Shown here: positions 52,886-64,000 of the stretch, one piece after another | Numbering within the stretch: position 1 is the first letter of the stretch | How the letters are laid out: every line of letters begins with the position of its first letter | DNA from: Paraspadella gotoi | Taxonomy: Eukaryota > Animalia > Chaetognatha | Direction of reading: 5' to 3' | Assembly (NCBI GenBank): GCA_051294375.1 | Contig: CM119271.1 | Span: 16,889,799-16,953,798, forward strand | DNA: 64,000 nucleotides | Position numbers and translations under genes: made by a program | The notes under the pieces: generated by a model | The model's database searches: none | The model's input: only the letters and a program-made list of their open reading frames with translations | Told to the model about the DNA's origin: nothing

Positions 52886-55254
52886 CTCTGTAAGCTTTTG
52901 TTTGATCGATCGTAAAGAGAGAACAGCGAGTAGAGATCTACGAGAGATAAGAGAAGAAGAGAGAGAAGAGAGAGAGTACAGAAGAAAGAGTAGAGAGATG
53001 AGAGAGGAGAGAGAGAGGGAGATTTTTGTTTCCTCCGTTCTTAATCGCAATTCCCAATCGATTTTGAAATGTTGTCACTTCTCTCTGCTTCTGCTTCTTC
53101 ATCCTCTCTCATCTCTCTCTCTCTCTCTTTTGTCTCTCATCTCTCTGTTGTCGCTCTTTCTTTTCTTTTTCGTTTCTCTCGCTCCTCTCCCATCTCCCTT
53201 CTCTCTCTCATCATTCCCTCCCTCTCTTCCCTCTTCTCCCTCCCTCTCTCCCTCTCTCTACTGTCTCTCTCTTCTCTCTCTGTCTCTCTCTCATCTCTCT
53301 CTCCTCCTTCTCTCTCTCTCTCTCTCTCCTATCTCTCTCGTCTCTTTTTCACTCTCTACTTTTCAGATTGGGACGCCCTCAAGTTTTGAGGAAATAAAAA
53401 ATCCTAATTTCTTTCCTTTCGCCTCAAATCGATGAATTCTAACTTTGTCGTCGGTCGTCGTCATCGACATCGTCGTCGTCGCGTCGTTTCTTTCTCTCAA
53501 TTGTGTAAATTGCATAAAACATTTTTATCGGAATTTTACCATCGACTCTTTTCGAGATTTTTGAAGCATTGAAAACGTCACTGATATCCTCGTCTTCTGT
53601 TGTCGTCGTCGTCGTCGTTTTGTCATCGTCGTCGTAGTTTGTCGTCGTCGTCTCTTCTCGTCTTTATTGTTAAACAACAAATAAATAAAAAAAGGAGAAA
53701 AAAAATTCCGATTATCCCACAGAAATCGATGTTGCAGGAAGAAGCGAGAACTAGTCTCGGCGTCTCCGAACTTTCGAAAACCTTTTTTTTATTCGAAAAG
53801 ACAAAAGAGCAATCTGTCGTCGCTGCGATGAGGAGGAGAGAGAGCGGGTAGAAGAAAGGAACGGAGGAGAAAGGAGGAAAGAGGAGGTAGGCAAGAGGTA
53901 GTGAGGATGGGAGTCAAATACGTCTTCAAGAATTCGTGAATCGAGAACAAAAAAAGATGACGACTTCCTCTGCGTGGTGGGTGCGATCCGACGCGGACTC
54001 AGACCGGACGATGATCCGAAAAGACGTAAATCAAAGAGGTTAAATTCCATATATTTATTTAATTGCAGGGGAAATAGAATAAAACAATTGAGGCCAAAAC
54101 GAAAAAAATAATAAATTAGAAAGAGAAAATTAGAAAAGAGTAAAAATAATGAAATAAAACGATACATATCTGAATTTTAATAAAATTGAAAAATAAAAAT
54201 AAATTAATATGTTACCAAATTCATAAAAACGTAAATGGAAAAAAAAATAAAATGAATATTGAAACGAATGAAATGAAATGAATATGAAACGAATTGAAAT
54301 GAAATGAAATAAATCCAAAAAATTAAAAAAGTTAAATGAAAAGAAAAATATAAAAATGTCATAAACTCAAATGAAGATAAATGAAAATAAAATTTAAAAA
54401 AAATAAATGATAGGATATTTACAGGACATCAACTACATAAAAAACAATAACAAAACAACAATTAAAAACAAAAACATTAAAAACCTAAGAAGTCAAAAAC
54501 AACAAATTAAAACGATAACGACGACGACAACGACGACGACGACGAAGATGACAAAATGAAAGTCGAAAGTCTTTATTCGATTTTAATGAGGAAAAGTTAG
54601 AAAAAGAAAATTCAGAAACTAAGAATAAAAACAAAGAACAAAAAGAAAAACAAAGAGAATTTTTTTGACGAAACAAAAAAGAATAAAAGGAAACAAAAGA
54701 AAAAAACCGAAAGAAAGAAAATCTCAAGGATTGGGGAAATAAAGGAAAGGATAATTAAAGCATGTCTTCTTCTCTCTCTCTTCTCTCATCTCTCTCGGGT
54801 CTCTCTCTTCTCTCTATCTACTCTGCTCAAATCTCTTTTCCTCTCGTCCTCTCTCTCTCTCTTCTCCGGGCGTGTGCGTGCCTGGTTACGGTTCCGAACG
54901 GATTACGCGAAAAAGAATAGGAATATTCTTTTTCTTTTCTTTTCTTTTTCTCATCTTTTTTGTGCGCATCGTAGAAAGAAGACAAGGTCTGTTCGCCCTT
55001 GTTATATCAAGGGTCGTCGTCGTCGTCGTCGTCGTCTTGACGATGAGATTTCACGCGTCTGCGCTGAGTGTAAACAAGGACCGTGAGGTCAGTGAAAACA
55101 AAAAATAACTTGTTAATAATGGAAAAAAAATATCCCCACTAAATCTACCAAAATCTAGAAATCTAATAAATCTAGTCAAATCTAATAAATCTAAGTCCGA
55201 ACGAGGATTTGGTAAAAACGTCAATGATGACAACGAAGATGATCATTAATTGAC

Positions 55255-55600
55255 TGAATGGATAATTTTCATATTCATATATTTTGATGCTAAGATGGCG
55301 GAGCTCAATTATAGTAATACCCATCTGAATACTTTTAATACTTTTTCAGATACAATTTAAACATTCTCTGACAAATTATCGGTTATAACATACTTGGAGT
55401 TGAGTAGTGGAAGCCAATTGTGCTCACTGTGGGTGGAGGAGTAACAGAGTGTGCACGAGGGAGTCTTGTATTATAGATAGGCTTGCAGGAGAGGCCTGCT
55501 ATAGTCATTATCATATAGATAAGGGTGTAGGAGGCCTTAAAACACCAAAGCCTGTCCAAAGTCCAGGAGACAATAGAGACGTGGTATATATTAAATGATA
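55255..55600 (+). repeat. Dispersed ~330-bp repeat family, diverged or noisy copy
   Basis: ATTTTGATGCTA...GAGGCCTTAAA..CACCAAAGCCTGTCCAAAGTC. Confidence 0.75.
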
Positions 55601-56318
55601 ATAGGACTAAATTATACAAACCACGAAACGTACTGACGACGCACGACAAAATGGACTCAATTGATTAGACAATAATAAAGATGACATGCTTTTTTGCGGG
55701 ATTTTCGTCGCGACAAACAAATGACGCGGAAATAGAGTGCGCCACCAAGTGGAGACAGGGGAGCGGATAAATAAGCGGCTCCTCGATATCAGATGCACAT
55801 ACGGAAATTGGAAGAGATCCGAGGATGTAATCTGAAACTGATAGCACACTCGAGAGAATCAGGCAGGATAAGCTTCTTCTCAATACGCCGAATGTAAACT
55901 ATACGGATAAGCTTGGGAATTAGGATCAATTTTTGTTAAGGAAATGATCTGGACGAGTCGAATGTAAAAATGCTTCACAGTGTTCCAATAAGGAGTAGTT
56001 AAAATGTTGAATTAATTCCATTTGGGTTTTACCCTTTACAGAATATATAATATACAAGGTTAAATAATATAACAAATACAGAAACAATGAAAGACTGAAG
56101 CGGAACCCTTTGTTTAGGTTTTCTTGTTCATAGATAGGAAGATAGCATAGATAAGATAGATAGAGTTAGATAGGATGTTAGATAGTGTAGATATAAACTT
56201 CCTTCCTTCCCTTTCCTCCTGACTTCCCTCTTTTCCTCTGCCTCCTCCCGTTTTACGACGACGCACTGTTTATCTTTAGACTTTTTAAACCTTTCTTCGG
56301 TTAACCTCTTCAACTCGA

Positions 56319-56370
<52 letters not shown>

Positions 56371-56736
56371 AGCATTTTGATTAAAATCGGGGAAGAGGAG
56401 TCGAACAATTGGAAGGACGGAGTGAGAGATAGACAGAGACAGATAGAGACAGTGAGTGATATAAGGAAAGAGGAGAGGTAAGTTTAGTCAGCTGGAGTGA
56501 TGTAGAAAGATGCTGAAAAGGGTTAGTGATGTGGCAAAATGATGAAAAGGTTAATGATGAAGAAAGATGAAGAGGTTACGCAAACAAAGAACCGAATTCA
56601 AGATATAATCAAGACTAAGATGTCCCGAGTTTTATTAACTTCAGAACCAAAGTTTCCGCCGAGTTTAATGGTTCCGGTTAGCAGCCACTGACCGACTTCG
56701 TTATTGTAACTTCCTTAGCTTGATAACCAAGTCTAC

Positions 56737-56757
56737 CGAGCCCCACATTGGGCGCCA
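56737..56757 (-). promoter_or_regulatory. tRNA-Lys primer-binding site
   Basis: TGGCGCCCAATGTGGGGCTCG, complementary to the 3' end of tRNA-Lys(CTT) including CCA, 1 nt after ...CTTCA. Confidence 0.75.
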
Positions 56758-56758
56758 C

Positions 56759-56938
56759 TGAAGAAGAAGACTTATATCGCAACGGTAATGTTTATTGAGG
56801 AAAAGTCCCTGGCCGGAATAGTATTAGAAAGGAAGGAAGTTAGTAGAACTCAAGAAACGCGGAGAGTGGACTAAAAAAGGACGGATCCTCGGGAGAGGGA
56901 GGGGAAGAGGAGGATGAGGATCGAGATAATAAATTACA
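56759..56938 (-). mobile_element. Candidate ~180-bp 5' LTR of an LTR retrotransposon remnant
   Basis: TGTAAT...AATAAA...CTTCA followed by the PBS; the 5' boundary is inferred from TGT only. Confidence 0.5.
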
Positions 56939-57639
56939 AATGTTAGGTCAATCAATGAATTAACAAATATTTAGTAGGTAACCTTTGTGTTTCACTTCCT
57001 CAGCTATTGGCCTTTCTCCTAATTAGATTTTGTCCATCATTTTTTGCCTAAACTCTTTGCTTTAAAAGAAATTAAATAACTAATTTAAAAATGAATAATA
57101 ATAATAAAAAAGAATTGAAAGCCTACGAGTATGAATTTCGAATGAAGCGAGAAAAGCCGCTTTGATTTTATTACTGCAATATGCCAATGCGATTTTTACA
57201 TTAATTTAAGGAAAGGTTAAACTTTTTATCTACAATAATATTTTAATAATCTATTTTTTTGTGTGTGTTCATTTTCATCGTCGCCGTTGTCATCGTCGTC
57301 ATCTTCGTCGTCGTCATCTTCGTCGTCGTCATCATCGTCATTATCGTCGTCATCTTCGTCGTCGTCATCGTCATGGAAGCGAAAAGGAAAAATGGTCGAC
57401 TATAAGTCAGGATTTAATTGGACCTTAATCAAGCCGAGAGGAAAAGCGGGAGACAGTTAAAGCGAAAGCGGTCGGTAGAAGCGGACGGCAGAAGCGGACG
57501 GCAGAAGCGGACGGTAGGAGCGGAAGTTTACGACAGTTGACGGGCGCTGCAACGAAGGAGCTTATGACTGAGAGAGCTGCGTAAGAGAGTCTTGTGTATT
57601 GGATCAAACTGTTGGAGTTTTTAAAGCGCGGAAGGGCTA

Positions 57640-60030
57640 TGTACTCTTTCCCACAAACGCACTTCCTTTTCGATGAGTCACTGGCCTTACCACCACATAC
57701 TTATAGTGGTTAATCAGGTTTGCTTCCTGACGGAAAGATTCATCACATTTTTCCGCAACTGAAAGACTTTTCCTGACTGAATACCTCGTGAATCCTTTTC
57801 TTGTGTGTCACAAGACCGGCTCTCGACTTGCATTCTTTTCCACAGTAAGAACAAACTAATTTACTTTCTCTTCTCCAACATTCCTTGTTATGCCTGTCCC
57901 CCCCTCCACTATTGCCCTAGAGCTTTTTCCATTCCCACAGGTGGTTCCATCCTCTCCTTTACTCGAATTCTCCATAGCTTTCGGTCTTTCGTCATTACTC
58001 TATATACGTCGCACACATCCATCCAGCCTCTCTTAATATTTTTCTCTCAAGTAGTGTGGGTCCTTCTGTTCCTTTTACTTTTAACTCCCATTTCTCTAGT
58101 TCGCTCATCCATCCAAGGATTACAGGCCTTGGCTATTCGGTCATCCTCCATCCTCATCACATGTCCTATCCTTTCTAACACTCTCTTTTCAATTTTTCCA
58201 TCTTATGCTTTTTATCCTCAGGTGAGATCTCACATCCTGCATGTTAACACCTTCCTCCTGCATTTGAATCAACGGGGGCTTATTTCCTCGTCTCCACAAC
58301 AAATCTATATGCTTTGTCTACAAAGCTCTGAAGAGATTTTATTTCCCTTAGAGTCCAAACTCTTACGGCACTGTCAAAAAGGAGAGAGTTTTCTTAGCGC
58401 ATGCTTCTATTATTCTTTGCCTGCATCCTCTTGGATAGGCTCGACCCACTGAGCTGTTTTTTTAAGCTTCCACCACGTCTTTATTTGCTCTCTTGATTCT
58501 GTTCTTCACATCGTCCTTCCATCCATCCAGCTGCCTAACATCCTTACCCCACCACTACCTTCTCTACCAAATTCAAGTTTTCTCTTCTTGTCATCATTGT
58601 TCCTTTCCTCATATCTCCCATGACCTCCTTAACTATTCCCATCTCCTCTCCACTTCCTTTTCATCCCCTACTAGAGTTGTGTCATCAGCAAAAAGGCTCT
58701 TATCAATAACTATTTCCAATGGACTCTGAATTTCTTTTGCCCCACATTTCTCCCTGTATGAAGCTTCCGGTACCCAGTTGTACTGTATTCCAAATGTCAT
58801 CCCATTCTCTCCGCTCGAGATTTCCTTTCTATCGCTGCTTGTCTCATCACGCCTGGTGATATATGTTGAATAAATCACAGGAGGTCGGGCATCCTTCCTT
58901 AATCCTCTTTGTGACCCAGCTTTCACTAGTCCCTCTTCCCTCTTACAGCATATTCGCTCGTTTCATGTAGACTTACCAACACCTTCAGGAAGGCGCCATT
59001 CAGTCCATACCTCTCCAAGAGCTCCACAAAGCGGGCTTGTTGACTCTAGGATATGCTTTTCTCAGGTCGAGCATCTTGCTACTGGTTGAAAGTGTCCACA
59101 CCTCACACCTCCTTGCTTCCAGGTCTAAAGCTCTCCTGCATTCTAAACATCAATCTGTGTGGCATCATGCTGTTGATCTCCGCTCCTGAATCCGATTGAT
59201 CGTCATCCAGAAGCTCCATGTCTTCTGCCCATTTCTTTTAGCCTGCTAGCTACAGTCCTCGCAGTACTCTGCTTGCCATGGATAATAGGCAAACACCTCT
59301 GAAATTGTTGGGGTCGTTCTTATCCCCTTTTTCTTCCATATTGGTACAACTAAACCTCTTTTTAAGACTGTCTCTCAACTATCACGCTCTTTCAAACATG
59401 AAGACCACAATCTTGACCAGCTCGTCTAATACAGGATTCCCTCCTCTCAGCAAGTACACTCCAGTCTGACTCCATCTTCCCTGGAGCTGCCTCTCTCATT
59501 CTCAGTACTATTCCTTCACTATTTCTTCTTTCTCTGGGCTTTGTTAAGAGATTCTCGCCACTTCTCCTGCTCCTTGCATCTTTTCTTAGGTCTGTTGCAC
59601 AGTCACACAGCCTTCATGATCTCGGTCTCGCGGGGCAGTTTCTCAAACCTTTCGCACCCAACTTTGAGAATTGAGCTTTGAAATCTTCCTTTGTTAGCGT
59701 AGTTGACATTTCTTTCTTTGTGCACCTCTTGTCCTAGCTGACGTAACACCTTATACCATTTTGCCTATGTCACCCCTGTTTCCTGCATCCGCACACTCCT
59801 TTATAATTTCCATCCACCATTCCTTTCCCATCTTCTCTTCGTCTTATTCCATAAGTTTCTTGCCGCTTTTTAGCTCTATCCTCACTCTTCTCAGCTCTTC
59901 CCTTTCCTGTCGACTCTCCATCATCTGGTTCCTCTTGTCCAGTAATTCCGTTACACCTCTTTTCATGACACTTATCTCATCCTCTCTTCCTGCCATCCAT
60001 GGATCTGACACGCCTGCCAAGTATGACGCG
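57640..60030 (-). mobile_element. RTE-clade LINE, reverse transcriptase and C-terminal region (frameshifted)
   Basis: KGDKNDPNNFRGVCLLSMASRVL, GFR..RST, DLRKAYPRV, GLR.GCP, LFADDT (58678-58695), and a C-terminal CGKECKSRAGLVTH zinc-finger-like motif. Confidence 0.9.
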
Positions 60031-62439
60031 TCCAATAAGGCGCAGTTTTGAACTGGCTATAAGGGGACAAGTTTCAACTGCGCCTCTTTCTGTTCACGAA
60101 AACTGTCTTTTTCTCTCTGTTTTTGGGGAATCCCTACCACTATTTTTCACGGGGATTACTGTTTGAAGCCTTCTGCCTTATCCACGGCGGGGATCCCCGC
60201 CGCTATTTTTGATGGGGATTGACGTTTGAAGCCCTGTCCCGCGGCCGTGAATCATCATCATGGGCAGTCCTTGTTATAAACAATAATTTTAACTAAAACA
60301 TACGAAACCTTAACAATCCTAATTTAAAAATAAATATTTATTTGCATTTAGATTCATTCCTAAACCCTCTATTTTATATTCTCTCTCTCTCTCAGTCTAC
60401 TCTCTCTTTTTTATTTTCTATTTCATCTCTCTCTCTCTCTCTCTCTCTCTTTCAATCTATATATATATCTCATCACTCTCTCTCTCTTCTCTCTCTCTCT
60501 TTCAATCTGTGATCTCTCTCTCTTTTACTCACTATTTTCTTTTCTTCTTCGTTTATGGTTCGTGGGGAACGCTGCAGAAAAGGAAAAAAGAAAGAAAAAA
60601 GGGGGACGCAAATCGTCGGCAAGATCGGCCTCTCGCATCAAATTTCTCTTGGATTGTTGTTGGCTCTTTCTCTATTTTTTGTGATACTGTCTCAAGATTT
60701 TTTTTTTCACTTTTTCTATGTCTCCTTTCTACTCTCTCTGCTTTTTTTATTTATATTCTTATGTCTTTTCTCTTTCTCTTTGATAGATCATGCTCAAATC
60801 TATACTTCTCTCTCATATCTCTCTCTATTCTATCTTTGTAGTTCTATCTCTTCTCATCTCATTTCTCTATTCTTTTTTATTTCGCTATTTATATATATAC
60901 TCTCGTCAATGTCATTTCTCTCTCTTGTCTACGCCTCTAAATATACATCTGGTATGCCAATACGCGTGATTATTCACTATTCATATATATGTGAGGTAAA
61001 ATTATTTTTTTTATTTTTTTTGTGAAGGGGACCAGTGGGAAAAAAAATATATTATTGTCTCTGGTGTACTGGTGTCTTGGCGTCTTCATCATTTTCTCTT
61101 CACATACTCTCTCTCTCTCATATATGAAGGTTGTCTCTCACTGTGTGATTATTGTATGAGTACTTCGATAAATGAATTACAGACTACTAGTCTATTTTTT
61201 TGTTAATAGTAGGAAAATATAGGTCACCGCAATAATTGGAAACGTCAATATAAAAAAATAAAAAAAGAAATGTACTTAGCATCTTTGATGGGTTTTGGAA
61301 TTGGAGCATAGAATAGGTTTTCAATTTATAGCAACAACGATATTATTTTGAGGACAGTGTCTCGTTCGATTGTTGTTTGTCATTTCGATTCATAATATAA
61401 GTCTTCATATAGCACTTTTTCCTTCATTCCATCGTGATGTATAATATCTCGAGTCTCTAAAATAACGACACTTTCTATATACAATCAACAATATAGTATT
61501 ATTTGTCTTCTTTATTTTTTTCTTTTTTTAATTATCTTTTTTTTCTTTTCTTTTTCTTTTCTTTTTTTCCTATAATTATTTCATTTTCTTCTTAACCTAT
61601 TCTTTTTTTTAAACAACTCTTTTTTTTCTGTAATTTAATTGTGTTGTGTGTCACGTATTTAAATTAATTTTAATTTAATTTCAAAAGAAGGAAAAGACAA
61701 TATTTCAATAATATTTTACTTGGAGACCTATGCTATATGTTATCTTTTTGGTGTGCTTTTTTTGGTGAGATACCGTATTTTGAAGCTCTAACACAAAATC
61801 TCAAAAAGATAGCGTTGAAGAGAGAGGACGTATATACCGAGAATAGTGAATTATAGAGAGAGGGTGTAGGCGTCAGAGAGAGAGAGTCGGGCCATTTCAT
61901 CGTGCGCCCGTCATGAAATTTGGCGGGATTTGTCCGGAATGAACAATCCTCTTGGCGTGAAGGAGCGGCCGTCAGGGCGTAAGTTGCGGTGATCTTTACT
62001 ATTTGTTTTCATCTCGCACCAGAAAAGTTCATTGTGCGCGCAAACTAGGTTTATTCCAGAGTTTTAAACTGCGAGGAATATGAGCCGGAAGGATTCGCTA
62101 GTTAATATTCTATCTTTCAACGGATTTGCCTCTGTCCTCTCCTTAGCCACATGCTGAATCTAAACATTTTTATCATTTCCTTGTCTTGGTCCTCCATCAT
62201 ACTTGCATTTTCGCTAATCTGCACCATAGAAGTTCGTTTTTTTTTTTTTATTTCTTTTTGTGATAGATATAAAGTTTGTCCGTCGTTCATCTTTGTTTCA
62301 GAAGCTTCAAGCTTTTTCCTACTTCCCTTGATATTTTGCTTTCGTTTTCCTCTCTTTAAAGCTCCCATCTTATCTGCCGGTACTCTTACTAGAAATTCTT
62401 CCTCCACTTCTTTGTTCTTCAACTGAGGAATCATCTTTT

Positions 62440-63130
62440 TGCGCTTCGTGGTCGGATAGAAAACAGATTCGCGCTATCCGTCTTTTTACTTTTCACAAAA
62501 TGGTGCGTTGGTCTCATCCTCATGATGAAGCCGTCGAGCTCATACAAGTTTTCCATTTACGCAGTCGAGAACCAAGCTCCCTGTTCTTTTCTTTGTAGAA
62601 GCTTTTACCCAGCATGAGAGTCGCGATTGATTATCTTCATCACCATTTCATCAAAATCTCTCAATCCGCCTTGCCTCATTGTCGATCTACTCAGTCCAAA
62701 ACATTTCCTGTTGTCTCGCGCTTCTCCCTTCATCTCTTCCGATGTGTGCATTGAAATCGCCCCTATAGCAGCAGTTCCTCACCTTTGGCCCAGTTCACGG
62801 TGTTCAGTGTAATCACAGCGATTCTCTTCGTTCCTTCTATTTCTACTAAATTCGCCTCTTCTTTTCTCACTGGCATGTACGTCGACACGAGCGTTGTATC
62901 TCTCCTCCTAGCTTGATTGACACGCATCTTTCTGAAAATCGCTTCTTTTGGCCAATCCTGTCATCCATTCATTCTTCATTGCTATCGTCTCTTAACTAAG
63001 ATCAACCTGCCTTGGTTGAGGTTGAGATTATTAACCAGATTGCTTCTTCATTCGCTGTCCCATTCCATAGTGAGATTGAAGGCTGCCTGGTCATCGTTTT
63101 CTCTGCCTATTATCGTGTTAATAAAATTTA
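62440..63130 (-). mobile_element. LINE APE endonuclease region (noisy), probably the 5' part of the RTE element
   Basis: VSTYMP, GDFNAHIG (~62738-62761), YELDGFIM and LSDH (62448-62459) in the expected order. Confidence 0.85.
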
Positions 63131-64000
63131 CATCCCACGTTCTCTTATGACTGATGAGAGCTGCGTAATGAGAGTTACTGGTGTATTGGATCAAACTGTT
63201 TGGAGTTTTGAGAGACGCGGAAAGATGAGACAGAGGTGAATCGAGAGATAAAGAAGTGGAGTATACGCTGAGTCACTGTACGGGTAGTTGGTTCGTCGTT
63301 GATGTGTCGTTGTTGGTCGCGTTGTTGTTCGTCCTGCTAAGAAGGGATCAAAGTCACTTTATTAGGAAGTTGTTCACGGCAATTATAGAGGTGATTTATT
63401 AACCAAATTTAACTACATAGTTATAATGGCTCGAGAGACAATTGTTTATGTACTCATGGGTGTTGTCTGTGGAGGTGTATTTGCGCTCGTAAAATAAATA
63501 TAAGTTTGATTATTGTTATTGTAATTTGGTGGTCTGTCTGTCTGTCTGTCTGTCAACAGAGAAACAGTCTTTCACGGCTAAGTCATTTCTTACTTTTAAA
63601 GATCGGAATAAGAAATGAGCCTAAGTTTAATACTTTTCATTTAAGAAAGTATAAGTAATAATATTTAGTTAATAATTTTCACTTGTCGTTCGCGTGCGTC
63701 ATTAATAATTTTTCATGACTGCAAAATCGGGGATTTTTTATAGCCTTTTTATCGCCAGCGTCTCTTTTTCAACCTCTTTGCTCTTATTGCTCTTTTCCAC
63801 GGTTTGGTTATTGGTGTGGTCCAACCTTTTCGTTTGGAGTTTTATGTTTTTTAATCTCTGCTGGGTTTTAGTGTCTTTGGTCTCTTGCTTTTCTTGAACA
63901 CTGTTTGGCCTTACTTCTTTTCTGGGTCTTCTTTCCTTCTTTGCTTCTTTCTTGCAGCTCCTAGTGTTTTGAATCTAGGACTTTTCCAATCCAGCTCTCT

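Noticed and set aside
63150-63175. Hammerhead core CTGATGAG
   Set aside because: No stem II with GAAA follows, and the duplicate near 57568 lacks the motif.

Overview
Eukaryotic (invertebrate-animal-like) genomic DNA, extremely rich in (GA)n/(GAC)n microsatellites, from a draft assembly with ten N gaps (six of exactly 25 N) and several noisy, redundant segments. The backbone is a minus-strand immunoglobulin-superfamily type I membrane protein gene. Five phase-compatible GT-AG exons are visible (45650-45859, 5785-5893, 5052-5197, 4295-4452, 720-1434), and the gene runs off the window at both ends. Its ~39.7 kb intron holds an inverted pair of SLC35G/EamA-like transporter 3' gene fragments, a Penelope-like element remnant with a candidate hammerhead ribozyme, and a decayed C2H2 zinc-finger exon. 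That exon is split by a Foldback/Mutator-like element (16-bp repeat arms, 9-bp TSD) which carries a Helentron-like insert and sits at the centre of a ~6.7 kb palindrome. The intron also contains decayed copies of an ORF family I cannot identify. Elsewhere are an RTE-clade LINE, a short LTR with a tRNA-Lys primer-binding site, a tRNA-Lys pseudogene with CCA, and minisatellites. Most entries in the ORF track are low-complexity artefacts. All calls come from manual reading; no searches were run, and repeat boundaries are approximate.
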